Source: Candidatus Uhrbacteria bacterium (GTDB taxonomy: Bacteria; Patescibacteriota; Patescibacteriia; UBA9934; GWF2-40-263). Taken from it: DNA of 64,000 bases. The position numbers and the translations under genes are program-made. The stretch spans positions 80,467-144,466 of the forward strand of contig JACPHT010000007.1 of NCBI GenBank assembly GCA_016188475.1, written 5' to 3'. The notes below the pieces were generated by a model. That model saw only the letters and a program-made list of their open reading frames with translations. It was not told the origin of the DNA and ran no database searches. This document shows, one piece after another, positions 30,853 through 39,833 of the stretch. Position 1 is the stretch's first letter; each line of letters starts with the position of its first letter.

Positions 30853-31482
30853 TTATAAAATTTCAACATCACCATGAGCGATAATTTGATCACCATTCAC
30901 TTCAACAGCAGAACCATTTGGAATAGCATAAATAGGCAATTCTTTTTTGTTGGCAATAATAATCTTTCTTTCTTTGACCGGATCGTAATGCACATGTGAT
31001 ACAAATGAAACAAACCCGAAACCTGAAAGATCAGTCAGTCCGACAATATTTTTATCCGCGTCTTCACCGCCCCAGCTAGCCGCTCCAATACTCGGCGAGG
31101 CAAGAATTGTGCCAGCGCTTGTTCCGCCGTATATTACGCCTTTATTTCGCACAAGATCTTGAACAATTTCTATGAAACCAGTTTTGCGTGCGACATCAAG
31201 AAGATAAAAAGTGTTTCCGCCATTTACCCAAATCACGTCAGCGTTTGAGAGCTCACGCGCGATTTGTTCTTTTGTTTTATATTTCAACGCGTACCAAATT
31301 GGATTTATGCCAACAGCCGCGAAATCATCCATTGACTCACAAGTATAAAATTTATTTTCTTCAACGTCCGACGCTGTTGGAATGAAGTATAATTTTGTTT
31401 GCTCTGGAGACTTGTTCAAAAATTTCAAAAATGGTTTTTGAAGACTCTTGGACACACAAGAAGATGTTAGGAAGAGTTTCAT
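30853..31482 (-). CDS. Peptidase E (S51) family
   Basis: FIPTA, GGNTFYL, GTSAG, HVHY motifs. Confidence 0.92.
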   Translation of the reverse strand: MKLFLTSSCVSKSLQKPFLKFLNKSPEQTKLYFIPTASDVEENKFYTCESMDDFAAVGINPIWYALKYKTKEQIARELSNADVIWVNGGNTFYLLDVARKTGFIEIVQDLVRNKGVIYGGTSAGTILASPSIGAASWGGEDADKNIVGLTDLSGFGFVSFVSHVHYDPVKERKIIIANKKELPIYAIPNGSAVEVNGDQIIAHGDVEIL

Positions 31483-31536
31483 ACGAAAAACATTCTAACA
31501 AACACGATAAAGTTTGCATAGTGGTAAAAAATAAAG

Positions 31537-31574
31537 AATCACACTTAACTACCGATCGGTAGTTAAGTGTGATT
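31537..31574. repeat. Perfect 38-bp palindrome
   Basis: aatcacacttaactaccgatcggtagttaagtgtgatt. Confidence 0.9.
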
Positions 31575-31693
31575 TGTTTTTTTAAAAATTACATATCTAA
31601 GTTTCAACTCATACGAAGTCAAACTCCTAAAAATTCAAACCAGTTCCGTTGTTTACATAAAAAAGATGGCTGACAAAAATCAGCCATCTTTTC

Positions 31694-31771
31694 TGGCGGA
31701 CCGGACGGGATTCGAACCCGCGATCTTCTCCGTGACAGGGAGACGTGTTAACCGGGCTACACCACCGATCC
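31694..31771 (-). tRNA. tRNA-Asp(GTC)
   Basis: Cloverleaf GGATCGG...TCTCC-CT-GTC-AC-GGAGA...GGTTCGAATCC...GCCA; terminator-like hairpin follows. Confidence 0.96.
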
Positions 31772-31917
31772 ATATAAACGAACGGCGGAATAGTAACATA
31801 ATCGCCTTAATCAATGCAAGAGAAGTGATTGACAATCACATTCGTTTATGGTAAATTCTTTCCTTCTTATTCTCTCGCTACCAGGTAGCGAGATATTGAA
31901 TAATGAAAGGAGTAATC

Positions 31918-32157
31918 ATGGAACATGGAAAAGGATACGGCATCAGAATTGAACGTGCGGAAACAACTGGCGTGACGCTTTATCTCACACATGACGGCAT
32001 AGACACTGGCACATCAATGTCTTACTTGATCAATAATGTCACGATCGAAAATCTCATCAACACGATCAGATCGTGGTACATGTTCGGCGCTCTTAACAAA
32101 ATTGAGGATCGCGACAAACTCATCGAAGCTGCGCGCAGGATGTGGCTCCCAAACTAA
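31918..32157 (+). CDS. Small hypothetical protein
   Basis: SD aaggag, TTGACA promoter upstream. Confidence 0.65.
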   Translation: MEHGKGYGIRIERAETTGVTLYLTHDGIDTGTSMSYLINNVTIENLINTIRSWYMFGALNKIEDRDKLIEAARRMWLPN

Positions 32158-32236
32158 CTGATCCGGTACCTTTTCACAAAGGCGCTGGGTCTTTTTCTTT
32201 TTTGGGTTTTAGGTAATATATAATCAAACCATAAAT

Positions 32237-32905
32237 ATGAAATACAAAAACGCAATTATTTCAATCATCATAATCATCTTAATTCTGGCCATCGCAGTTA
32301 TCTTTTGGACACAGCAAAAAATCGATTCAGACAAAACTTCATGGAACTCAAACCTACTAACATCCGTTTTTCGGCCACAGCTAATCGCTGAAGCAGAACG
32401 CGGTTCTTCTTCATTTATTCGTCTGACATGGCAAAAACCAGAAACAACCTACAATCATTTTCTAATCACAGTCACTAATCCGCAAACAGACTGGTCGCGG
32501 ACTGAATCAGGCGAACATGAGCGAGTAAGTTTGGACGTTTCCGATCTCGAACCTGATACAACATATACATTTAGTGTTCGAGCATGCGGTGATCCGGATT
32601 GCAAAACCTGGATCACGTCAAATGAAAAACCAAGGGCGCGAACTGAAAAAATGTATTGGAAATTTGTTGAAACAAAATTTTCTGACAGCCTTCCAATAAA
32701 AGAAGGTTGGGAGTCAAACATTGATTTAGAACGATCTGTCTTTCTTACGATCGATAACAAACTTTGGACTGAAAATAAAGACGACTGGCAAATCGCCAAT
32801 GTTTATGTCCAATCAAAACCGACATACAAAATTGTTTTGAAACTGATCTCAAGTGTTGAGGATGAAAAAGAAAAAACGCTCTTTGCGGAACTGTTGAATC
32901 CATGA
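32237..32905 (+). CDS. Membrane-anchored fibronectin type III domain protein
   Basis: IRLTW..P and LEPDTTYTFSVRA. Confidence 0.85.
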   Translation: MKYKNAIISIIIIILILAIAVIFWTQQKIDSDKTSWNSNLLTSVFRPQLIAEAERGSSSFIRLTWQKPETTYNHFLITVTNPQTDWSRTESGEHERVSLDVSDLEPDTTYTFSVRACGDPDCKTWITSNEKPRARTEKMYWKFVETKFSDSLPIKEGWESNIDLERSVFLTIDNKLWTENKDDWQIANVYVQSKPTYKIVLKLISSVEDEKEKTLFAELLNP

Positions 32906-32974
32906 CTACTGCCTTCGACAGGCTCAGGCAATAACTTAGCCTTCGACCGTTCGACAAGCTCACGAGAGACCAGC

Positions 32975-34378
32975 TCAGGCAATAGTGATGATATCGAACG
33001 CTTCGCCGTGACGACCTCCCAATACAACGGCAAGCCGCATTCCATTGTGAACTTTCTTATCTGATTTAAGAATACGAAGCGCTCGCGCAACAAATGTTTT
33101 CTCGCGAACATTTTTTAATACAAAGGTCTCGCTCCCCCATCGAAGTGAAACTTGACGAGCCTGCATTTGCGTCGGACATGCGATAAATAACGGAATTTCT
33201 GGATGAAAACGAAGAACGGTTTCTGACCAGTCTGCCAACTCTATTGAAACCAACACGCCGTCAATCGTTTGTTGTTCTGCCGCAAGTTTTACAGCTTGAG
33301 CAACTGATCCGACAACGTCTTTCACAGCCGGAGAATCAAAAACAACATCATCAAATGGAGATACTTCAGCCTCTTTCACAATTGTTGCCATCGTTTTTAC
33401 CGCGGCAAGCGGAAACTTCCCTGATGCGGTTTCACCAGAGAGCATAACAGCGTCAGTATGATCAAACACAGCATTTGCAACATCTGATACTTCAGCGCGA
33501 GTTGGACGCGGATTGCGAATCATTGAGTCAAGCATTTGCGTTGCAACAATCACTGGTTTTCCTTTGGCTCGACATTTTTCAATTAGCTGCTTTTGTCGAA
33601 TTGGAACTTCTTCCGCTGGAATCTCAATTCCCAAATCACCTCGCGCGATCATCACGCCATCGGCCTCATTCAAAATTTCATCAAACGCTTCTATTGCTTC
33701 ATACTTCTCGATTTTTACGATAACGCGCGGAGTAACTTGTCCTGCTTGAACAACTTTTTTGATCAACTTTTTAAGTTGTCGAACATCTGCTGAAGTTTTC
33801 ACAAATGAAAGCGCAATCCATTCAACACCGATCTGAACAGCGAACTCAACATCGTCTCGATCTTTTTGCGTTAGAGATGAAACCGAAAGTTTTGAATCTG
33901 GAAAATTTAATCCTTTGTGCGATGTCACTGTTCCTCCATTTTCAACTTTTGCGTGAATATCTTTCCCAATAACTTTTATTATTTTCAATTCTATCAAACC
34001 ATCATCTATCAAAAAACGATGGCCAACTTTAACATCTTTATGTAATTGTTTGTAAGTAATTGGAATCTTTGAACCTTTATATTCGTCAATTTCTGTTGAA
34101 AAAATATATGTCTCGCTGTTTTTGAGTGTAACACCGTCTGCGGGTAATTCACCTAACCGAATTTTCGGACCTTGCAAATCACCTATTATTGGAACAAACT
34201 TTTTGGCAGAATCAGCAGCTCGCCTGACGCTTCGTAAAAGTTCACGATGTCCTGCGTGTGTTCCGTGAGAAAAATTCAAACGCGCAACGTCCATACCTGC
34301 TCTCATCATTGTTTTAAGCGTTGTTTCTTTTTCGCACGCTGGACCTATCGTGCACACAATTTTTGTTCGTCGAAGCAT
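32975..34378 (-). CDS. pyk: Pyruvate kinase
   Basis: RRTKIVCTIGPA, ARLNFSHG, DLQGPKIR, MIARGDLG, ATQMLDSM. Confidence 0.98.
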   Translation of the reverse strand: MLRRTKIVCTIGPACEKETTLKTMMRAGMDVARLNFSHGTHAGHRELLRSVRRAADSAKKFVPIIGDLQGPKIRLGELPADGVTLKNSETYIFSTEIDEYKGSKIPITYKQLHKDVKVGHRFLIDDGLIELKIIKVIGKDIHAKVENGGTVTSHKGLNFPDSKLSVSSLTQKDRDDVEFAVQIGVEWIALSFVKTSADVRQLKKLIKKVVQAGQVTPRVIVKIEKYEAIEAFDEILNEADGVMIARGDLGIEIPAEEVPIRQKQLIEKCRAKGKPVIVATQMLDSMIRNPRPTRAEVSDVANAVFDHTDAVMLSGETASGKFPLAAVKTMATIVKEAEVSPFDDVVFDSPAVKDVVGSVAQAVKLAAEQQTIDGVLVSIELADWSETVLRFHPEIPLFIACPTQMQARQVSLRWGSETFVLKNVREKTFVARALRILKSDKKVHNGMRLAVVLGGRHGEAFDIITIA

Positions 34379-34384
34379 AAAATT

Positions 34385-35506
34385 TTATTCGTTTTTATAT
34401 TCAACCAATATCACTGAAATTTTTTGCAAAACAGTATTTCGCAAAATTTCAAGTTCGATTGTTTCACCAGGACGTCTTACTGAAACAAGTTTTGAAAGCG
34501 AATTATCCTGCGACAGTCGCGTGCCATCAATACTTACAATTATGTCTCCGTCTTTCAAACCAGCGATCTCTGCCGGACTTCCCGGAATCACTCCATGTTG
34601 ACCTGGTTGTGTTCCTTCCACAATCAAAGCGCCAAGTTCAAAACTAGAATTTTGTTGTGTGAGTTCAGATTTTTGAATCAGAACGTAGCGAACGCCAAGC
34701 CATGGTCGAACGATATGGCCAAACTCACGAACATCTTCAATCGCTCGTTTTGCTTGATTGATCGGAATCGCAAAAGCGATTGATTCCCCTTCCATACTCA
34801 CTGCCGTATTGATTCCGATTATTTCACCTTTCAAATTTATAAGTGGACCTCCTGAATTTCCGGGATTGATCGCGGCGTCTGTTTGTATTGCTTGTTCAAT
34901 TACGTCAGTATTCACAGCAGAACCCGCAACAACATGACGATTGATTCCTGAAATCACACCCTTTGTAACAGTGTTTCGAAATTCTGAAAGTGTGTTTCCT
35001 ATCGCAATAACTGTTTGTCCGATTTGTATTTTGTCAGAATCTCCAAGTTGCGCAATTGGAAATTCACTCCCGTCAACTTTCAGAACTGCGACATCTTGAA
35101 ACGGATCTGTATCAATAAGTTCGGCTTTTAATTCTTCTCCATTGTTTGTAATTACTGTGAGCGAAGTTCCAAGTTCATCAACGACATGACGATTCGTTAG
35201 CACATATCCATCAGCGCTATAAAAAAAACCAGATCCGCTGGAAATTTCAGCGTCGTCTTTTTTGACTATGATACTGACAACAGACGGAGTGACACGTTCG
35301 ACAACAGCGATAGTCGCGTTCTCCTCTTCCATGAGTTCGACAATGTTTTTCTCAACTCGCGCTTCGGAAAATTTTGGCTGAAAAAAATTTGATGATGAAA
35401 ATGGTCCCCAAAAAATAAAACCTCCGACAGCTCCGGAAACCGCACCGACAACAGCGGCAATAGCAAGCCCGAGAATCAATATCATTTGCAAACGTTTATC
35501 ATTCAT
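34385..35506 (-). CDS. HtrA/DegP-family serine protease with PDZ
   Basis: TNRHVV, DVAVLK, INPGNSGGPL. Confidence 0.95.
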   Translation of the reverse strand: MNDKRLQMILILGLAIAAVVGAVSGAVGGFIFWGPFSSSNFFQPKFSEARVEKNIVELMEEENATIAVVERVTPSVVSIIVKKDDAEISSGSGFFYSADGYVLTNRHVVDELGTSLTVITNNGEELKAELIDTDPFQDVAVLKVDGSEFPIAQLGDSDKIQIGQTVIAIGNTLSEFRNTVTKGVISGINRHVVAGSAVNTDVIEQAIQTDAAINPGNSGGPLINLKGEIIGINTAVSMEGESIAFAIPINQAKRAIEDVREFGHIVRPWLGVRYVLIQKSELTQQNSSFELGALIVEGTQPGQHGVIPGSPAEIAGLKDGDIIVSIDGTRLSQDNSLSKLVSVRRPGETIELEILRNTVLQKISVILVEYKNE

Positions 35507-35997
35507 ACTTTTTTCTTTCGCTTTGAGGCACGAAGTTCTCGTTTCTTTTCACCTAAAAGTTTTTTTAATTCGGACTCAAAAGTTTTCACATCTTCAAACG
35601 ACCTGTAAACGGAGGCAAACCTAATATACGCGACCTTATCGAACAATCTTAAATGTTTCATGACAATATCGCCGAGTTCTGCTGTTGTGAGTTGACCGCG
35701 TCGTTTCTTTTGAATATCGCGTTCGATCTTGTGAACCAATTTTTGAAAACCAACATCTGTGTATGGACGTTTTTCCAAAGCCTTTTCAAGACCTCGAGAA
35801 AGTTTTTCGCGGGAATAATTTTCACGACGTCCGTCGCGTTTCACAACAGTTAAATCCAAAAGTTCAATCTCTTCCAAAGTTGAAAATCTAAAACCACAGC
35901 GCTCGCATTCGCGCCTTCGACGCACACTCACGCCATCAGTTGAAATACGTGAATCAATGACTTTGGTATCTTTGTGATTGCAAACCGCGCATCGCAT
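35503..35997 (-). CDS. nrdR: Transcriptional repressor NrdR
   Basis: C..C...TKVIDSR, RRRRECERC, AYIRFASVY. Confidence 0.97.
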   Translation of the reverse strand: MRCAVCNHKDTKVIDSRISTDGVSVRRRRECERCGFRFSTLEEIELLDLTVVKRDGRRENYSREKLSRGLEKALEKRPYTDVGFQKLVHKIERDIQKKRRGQLTTAELGDIVMKHLRLFDKVAYIRFASVYRSFEDVKTFESELKKLLGEKKRELRASKRKKKV

Positions 35998-35998
35998 A

Positions 35999-36180
35999 TA
36001 TAGACATCACACTATGAAACAGGACTCCATAAACATCCAAAATTGTGCATGACTTGTTTTTCGCATTGAAAACTCCTCACGGTATCTATGGATACCGCTG
36101 TGGTTTTTCAATGCTCCAAAACCGCGTTCTGCGCAATTTTGTTTTATTTCTAAGTCCTGTTTCATAGTGTGATGTCTATA
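35999..36180. repeat. Long fold-back element, family A (copy 2), between the nrdR promoter and start
   Basis: tatagacatcacactatgaaacaggact ... agtcctgtttcatagtgtgatgtctata. Confidence 0.85.
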
Positions 36181-36228
36181 GTAAACGCATTATAACAAAA
36201 AAGGCGGCTACTGGTTAGCCGCTTTTTC

Positions 36229-37494
36229 TTACATCATTTTCTTTCTGATAAATGCTGGGATTTCAATTTCTTCTTCTTCTGTTTGCGCCTTTACTGACAC
36301 GGAATTTTTGTTAATTTGTTTATGTTCTATTTTTGGTTCTGGCTGTTTTATTGCAATAGGTTCTTGATGTTGCTCTGCTGGTTTATGGGAAAAACGTGGC
36401 GATGGAGCAGTAGCTTTGTGAATGGATTGATGTATTGCGGTCGGCTGTTCATCACGCTCACGAACGCGCAAGAAAGAATTCGGCGACCACATTCCTTGCG
36501 CTTGAACTTCAACAGCTCCTGGTGATGTTGCGCGACGTTCACGAGAATCAAAACCTGTTGCTACAACAGTGATTCTAATTTCATCATCAAGATCATCATT
36601 GATGTTTGCACCGAAAATAATTTTCGCGTCTTCATCTGCTGATCCTGTGATGACTTTGGCGGCTTCTGCAACTTCATGCATACCCAAATCACTTCCACCT
36701 GAAATTGTAAATAGAATTCCTTTGGCACCATCGATCGAGAGTTCAAGCAATGGGCTCGCAATAGCCTGTTTTGCCGCTTCTACGGCTCTGTTTTCTCCTG
36801 ATGCACGACCGATCCCCATCAAAGCAGAACCTGACAATTCCATTATAGCTTTCACGTCGGCGTAATCAACATTGATAAGTCCAGGAATTGTAATGAGTTC
36901 AGCGATTCCTTTGACACCTTGGCGCAACACATCGTCAACAACAGTGAACGCTTCCATAAGCGATGTTTTTTTGTCGATAATCTGCAAAACTCTGTCATTT
37001 GGAATCGTAATAATTGCGTCAACGTGCTGAAGTAATTTATCAAAAGCCTCTTCTGCGATTCGTCTTCGTTGCGCGCCTTCAAATGTAAATGGTTTTGTTA
37101 CAACAGCAACAGTGAGGGCACCCATATCCTTTGCAAGTTTTGCAACTTCAGGACTTCCTCCAGAGCCAGTTCCGCCTCCAAGTCCGCAAGTCAAAAACAC
37201 CATATCAGAACCATTGAGCGCATCGCGAATTTCATTTTGATTTTCTTCAGCGGCTCGAGCGCCAATATCTGGATTCATTCCTGCACCAAGTCCGCGAGTG
37301 ATGGTCTTTCCTATTGCAATTTTTTTTGGCGCAAGATTTTGGTTCAGATCCTGCACGTCAGTATTGATCGCAATAAACTCAACACCCTTAATGTTGTCAC
37401 AGATCATCCGATTAATCGCCGCTCCTCCTCCTCCTCCGATTCCAATGACTTTAATTTTCGCAAATGTTTCTATGTCAGGTTTAACTTGTGCCAT
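36229..37494 (-). CDS. ftsZ: Cell division protein FtsZ
   Basis: GLGGGTGSG, C-terminal EIPAFIRK; likely start MAQVKP. Confidence 0.98.
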   Translation of the reverse strand: MAQVKPDIETFAKIKVIGIGGGGGAAINRMICDNIKGVEFIAINTDVQDLNQNLAPKKIAIGKTITRGLGAGMNPDIGARAAEENQNEIRDALNGSDMVFLTCGLGGGTGSGGSPEVAKLAKDMGALTVAVVTKPFTFEGAQRRRIAEEAFDKLLQHVDAIITIPNDRVLQIIDKKTSLMEAFTVVDDVLRQGVKGIAELITIPGLINVDYADVKAIMELSGSALMGIGRASGENRAVEAAKQAIASPLLELSIDGAKGILFTISGGSDLGMHEVAEAAKVITGSADEDAKIIFGANINDDLDDEIRITVVATGFDSRERRATSPGAVEVQAQGMWSPNSFLRVRERDEQPTAIHQSIHKATAPSPRFSHKPAEQHQEPIAIKQPEPKIEHKQINKNSVSVKAQTEEEEIEIPAFIRKKMM

Positions 37495-37499
37495 ATTTT

Positions 37500-37627
37500 G
37501 GGACATCCGCAAAAATCGCGATCTTTCGTCTCACGGGGCCCAACCACCACCTCAACGTAGCTATCGCTACGTCTCGGAGGTTGGTTTCCCCGTTCAACGA
37601 AATCTCATTAAGTTTTGCAAATGTCTT
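37500..37627. repeat. Long fold-back element, family B (copy 2), just upstream of ftsZ
   Basis: Shares gcgatctt..tctcacggg, tcaacgta..tacgt and cccgttca..aatctcat with 13917-14043. Confidence 0.75.
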
Positions 37628-37777
37628 GATTTATAAATTTCTAAATCATTGAACACATATTGTGTTCAAATTCTGCTTACTTGAGCACAAAAATTCATTA
37701 ACACTTTAAGTGTCGCTCAAAAGAATGTCAAGAAAATAAAAAAGAGGTTGTGCACAACCCCTTCTTGACTCATGTCT

Positions 37778-39040
37778 TCAAGGTTTTATCGACTTAAACA
37801 ACTTCTTCAAACCACTTGTAACTTTTCCCATGTTTCCACCAAATGACTTAAAAATCTTTCCAAAGTTTCCATTCCCCTTTGTTCCACGAATGTTGTATCC
37901 CCACAAAACAAGACCGATCGCAGTACTCAAACCAGGATCGTTTGCTCGATCAATAACAGACGTTATACCAATTGCGTTCCCCAATGAAACAGGAAGACGC
38001 AAAGTTGCTTTTGCCGCTTCAGACATTCCTGAAAGTTTCGCTCCAGCCCCTGTCAAAATTACTCCCGCTGGCAACATTCCAGATCTTTCGACTTTCTTTA
38101 ATTCTTTATCAACATGTTCAAAAATTTCCTGTGCGCGGGCCTGTGTGATATCAGCGATAAATTTGCGACCGACAATTTCATCTTCAGGCGCGCCAAGTTC
38201 TGCTAAATTTATTTCGTCTTTTTTGTTTACTTCTTCAGGTGTGCACGTTGCATAACGAAGCTTAACTTGTTCAGCAACATCAATCGAAGTTCTAAGGCCA
38301 ATCGCAATATCCGATGTGATGTGATCGGATCCGATTGGTAAAACAGAGGTGTGAAGCACGTCACCTTCTTCATAAACAACCAAAGAAGTTGTTGACGCAC
38401 CTATATTTACAACACAAACTCCCAATTCCTTTTGTCTGTCTGACACAACCGCTTCTGCTGTTGCAAGAATCGAAAACACCAAATCTTCGATGTTCATTCC
38501 GGTTCGATATACTGCCTTTGTTAAATTTTTTATTTGTGAACCAAGACCTTGAATTATAAGCGCGTCAACCTCGAGACGAATGCCATTCATTCCAACAGGA
38601 TCTTTCACTCCACGCTGACCATCAACAATAAAACTTTTTGGAATAACGTGAATGATTTCGTAATTTGTCGGAGTTGCAACAGTTCTCGCGGCTTCGATCG
38701 CTCGTTCGACATCTTCTTCGCGAATTTCTCCATCGCTTCTTCCAACTCCGATAACACCTCTTGATTCTTGTGAAATTATATGACCGCCACTTATTCCAAC
38801 CCAAGCAGAATTTATCGGGACTCCAGTTATTCTTTCTGCTTGCTCAAGCGCGCGAGAAACCGAAGAAACTGCATCTTCCAAATTAGTTATTGTTCCTTTA
38901 TTTACACCACTTGATGGAACTTCAACAGCTCCGATGATGTGCATCTGCTCTTTTCCGTCTGAAGTCGGAACAAGCTTCCCAACCGCCACTCGAACAGCAT
39001 GTGAACCAACATCAAGTCCTGTATAGATTTCTTCGGTCAT
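37778..39040 (-). CDS. ftsA: Cell division protein FtsA
   Basis: GLDVGS, DPVGMNGIRLEV, VILTGAG; upstream of ftsZ. Confidence 0.97.
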   Translation of the reverse strand: MTEEIYTGLDVGSHAVRVAVGKLVPTSDGKEQMHIIGAVEVPSSGVNKGTITNLEDAVSSVSRALEQAERITGVPINSAWVGISGGHIISQESRGVIGVGRSDGEIREEDVERAIEAARTVATPTNYEIIHVIPKSFIVDGQRGVKDPVGMNGIRLEVDALIIQGLGSQIKNLTKAVYRTGMNIEDLVFSILATAEAVVSDRQKELGVCVVNIGASTTSLVVYEEGDVLHTSVLPIGSDHITSDIAIGLRTSIDVAEQVKLRYATCTPEEVNKKDEINLAELGAPEDEIVGRKFIADITQARAQEIFEHVDKELKKVERSGMLPAGVILTGAGAKLSGMSEAAKATLRLPVSLGNAIGITSVIDRANDPGLSTAIGLVLWGYNIRGTKGNGNFGKIFKSFGGNMGKVTSGLKKLFKSIKP

Positions 39041-39067
39041 ACGAATAAATGAAGTATAACTCGTCTA

Positions 39068-39424
39068 TTAAAACAAACGCAAGGAAAAAATAATCACACC
39101 AATCACGAGCGCGACCAAAGACATGAGTAAAACAGTTGCCGCCATGATGTCCTTAATGTCACGAACGATTGGGTGAATTCTTGGCTTGAAAGTGTCAACG
39201 ATGCGTTCAAAAACGCTGTTGATAAGTTCTAGGGTTAGCACAAGACCGATCAAAAGCAAAAGAACTATCCATTCAAAAACGCTTACTCTAAACCAAATTG
39301 CAAACAAAACTATTGCAACAGCGGCGAACGATTGTAAACGAAAACTTTGTTCATTTTTGAACACAACTCTCACACCTCGAAGCGCGTGAGAAAAACTTTT
39401 TATTAGACGGCTAACGCTTATCAT
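39068..39424 (-). CDS. dgkA: Diacylglycerol/undecaprenol kinase family
   Basis: SF.HALRG, ELINSVFE..VD, KDIMA. Confidence 0.9.
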   Translation of the reverse strand: MISVSRLIKSFSHALRGVRVVFKNEQSFRLQSFAAVAIVLFAIWFRVSVFEWIVLLLLIGLVLTLELINSVFERIVDTFKPRIHPIVRDIKDIMAATVLLMSLVALVIGVIIFSLRLF

Positions 39425-39833
39425 ATAACTGGTTCAAAATTTTTGTCTGCAATGAAAACATTTTTTTCGCATCTTTTGACGTTTGATGATCATATTCAAA
39501 AAGATGCAACAGCCCGTGAACAATCAAAAACGAAATTTCATCTCGAGCTCCTCGCCCTGCTTCCTTTGCCTGTTTTTTTGCTTGCGAATATGAAATAAGA
39601 ATCTCTCCACTATTTTTTTCAAGAGAAAAAGATAGAACGTCTGTTACTGAATCTTTTCCCCTGTAAACACGATTCGCAAAACGGATTGTTTTATTGTTTA
39701 CAAACGCGATTGATGCTTCGTAGTTTTTCGCTTTAACAAATCTTCCAACAACACGCAAAATCTTTTCAAGTGCGACTTGCGGAAACCGTTCCCCACCTTT
39801 AAGCAAAGCTTGATTCAATTCAGCGCGAATCAT
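39411..39833 (-). CDS. ybeY: rRNA maturation endoribonuclease YbeY
   Basis: YRGKDSVTDVLSF, HGLLHLFEYDH. Confidence 0.95.
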   Translation of the reverse strand: MIRAELNQALLKGGERFPQVALEKILRVVGRFVKAKNYEASIAFVNNKTIRFANRVYRGKDSVTDVLSFSLEKNSGEILISYSQAKKQAKEAGRGARDEISFLIVHGLLHLFEYDHQTSKDAKKMFSLQTKILNQLYDKR

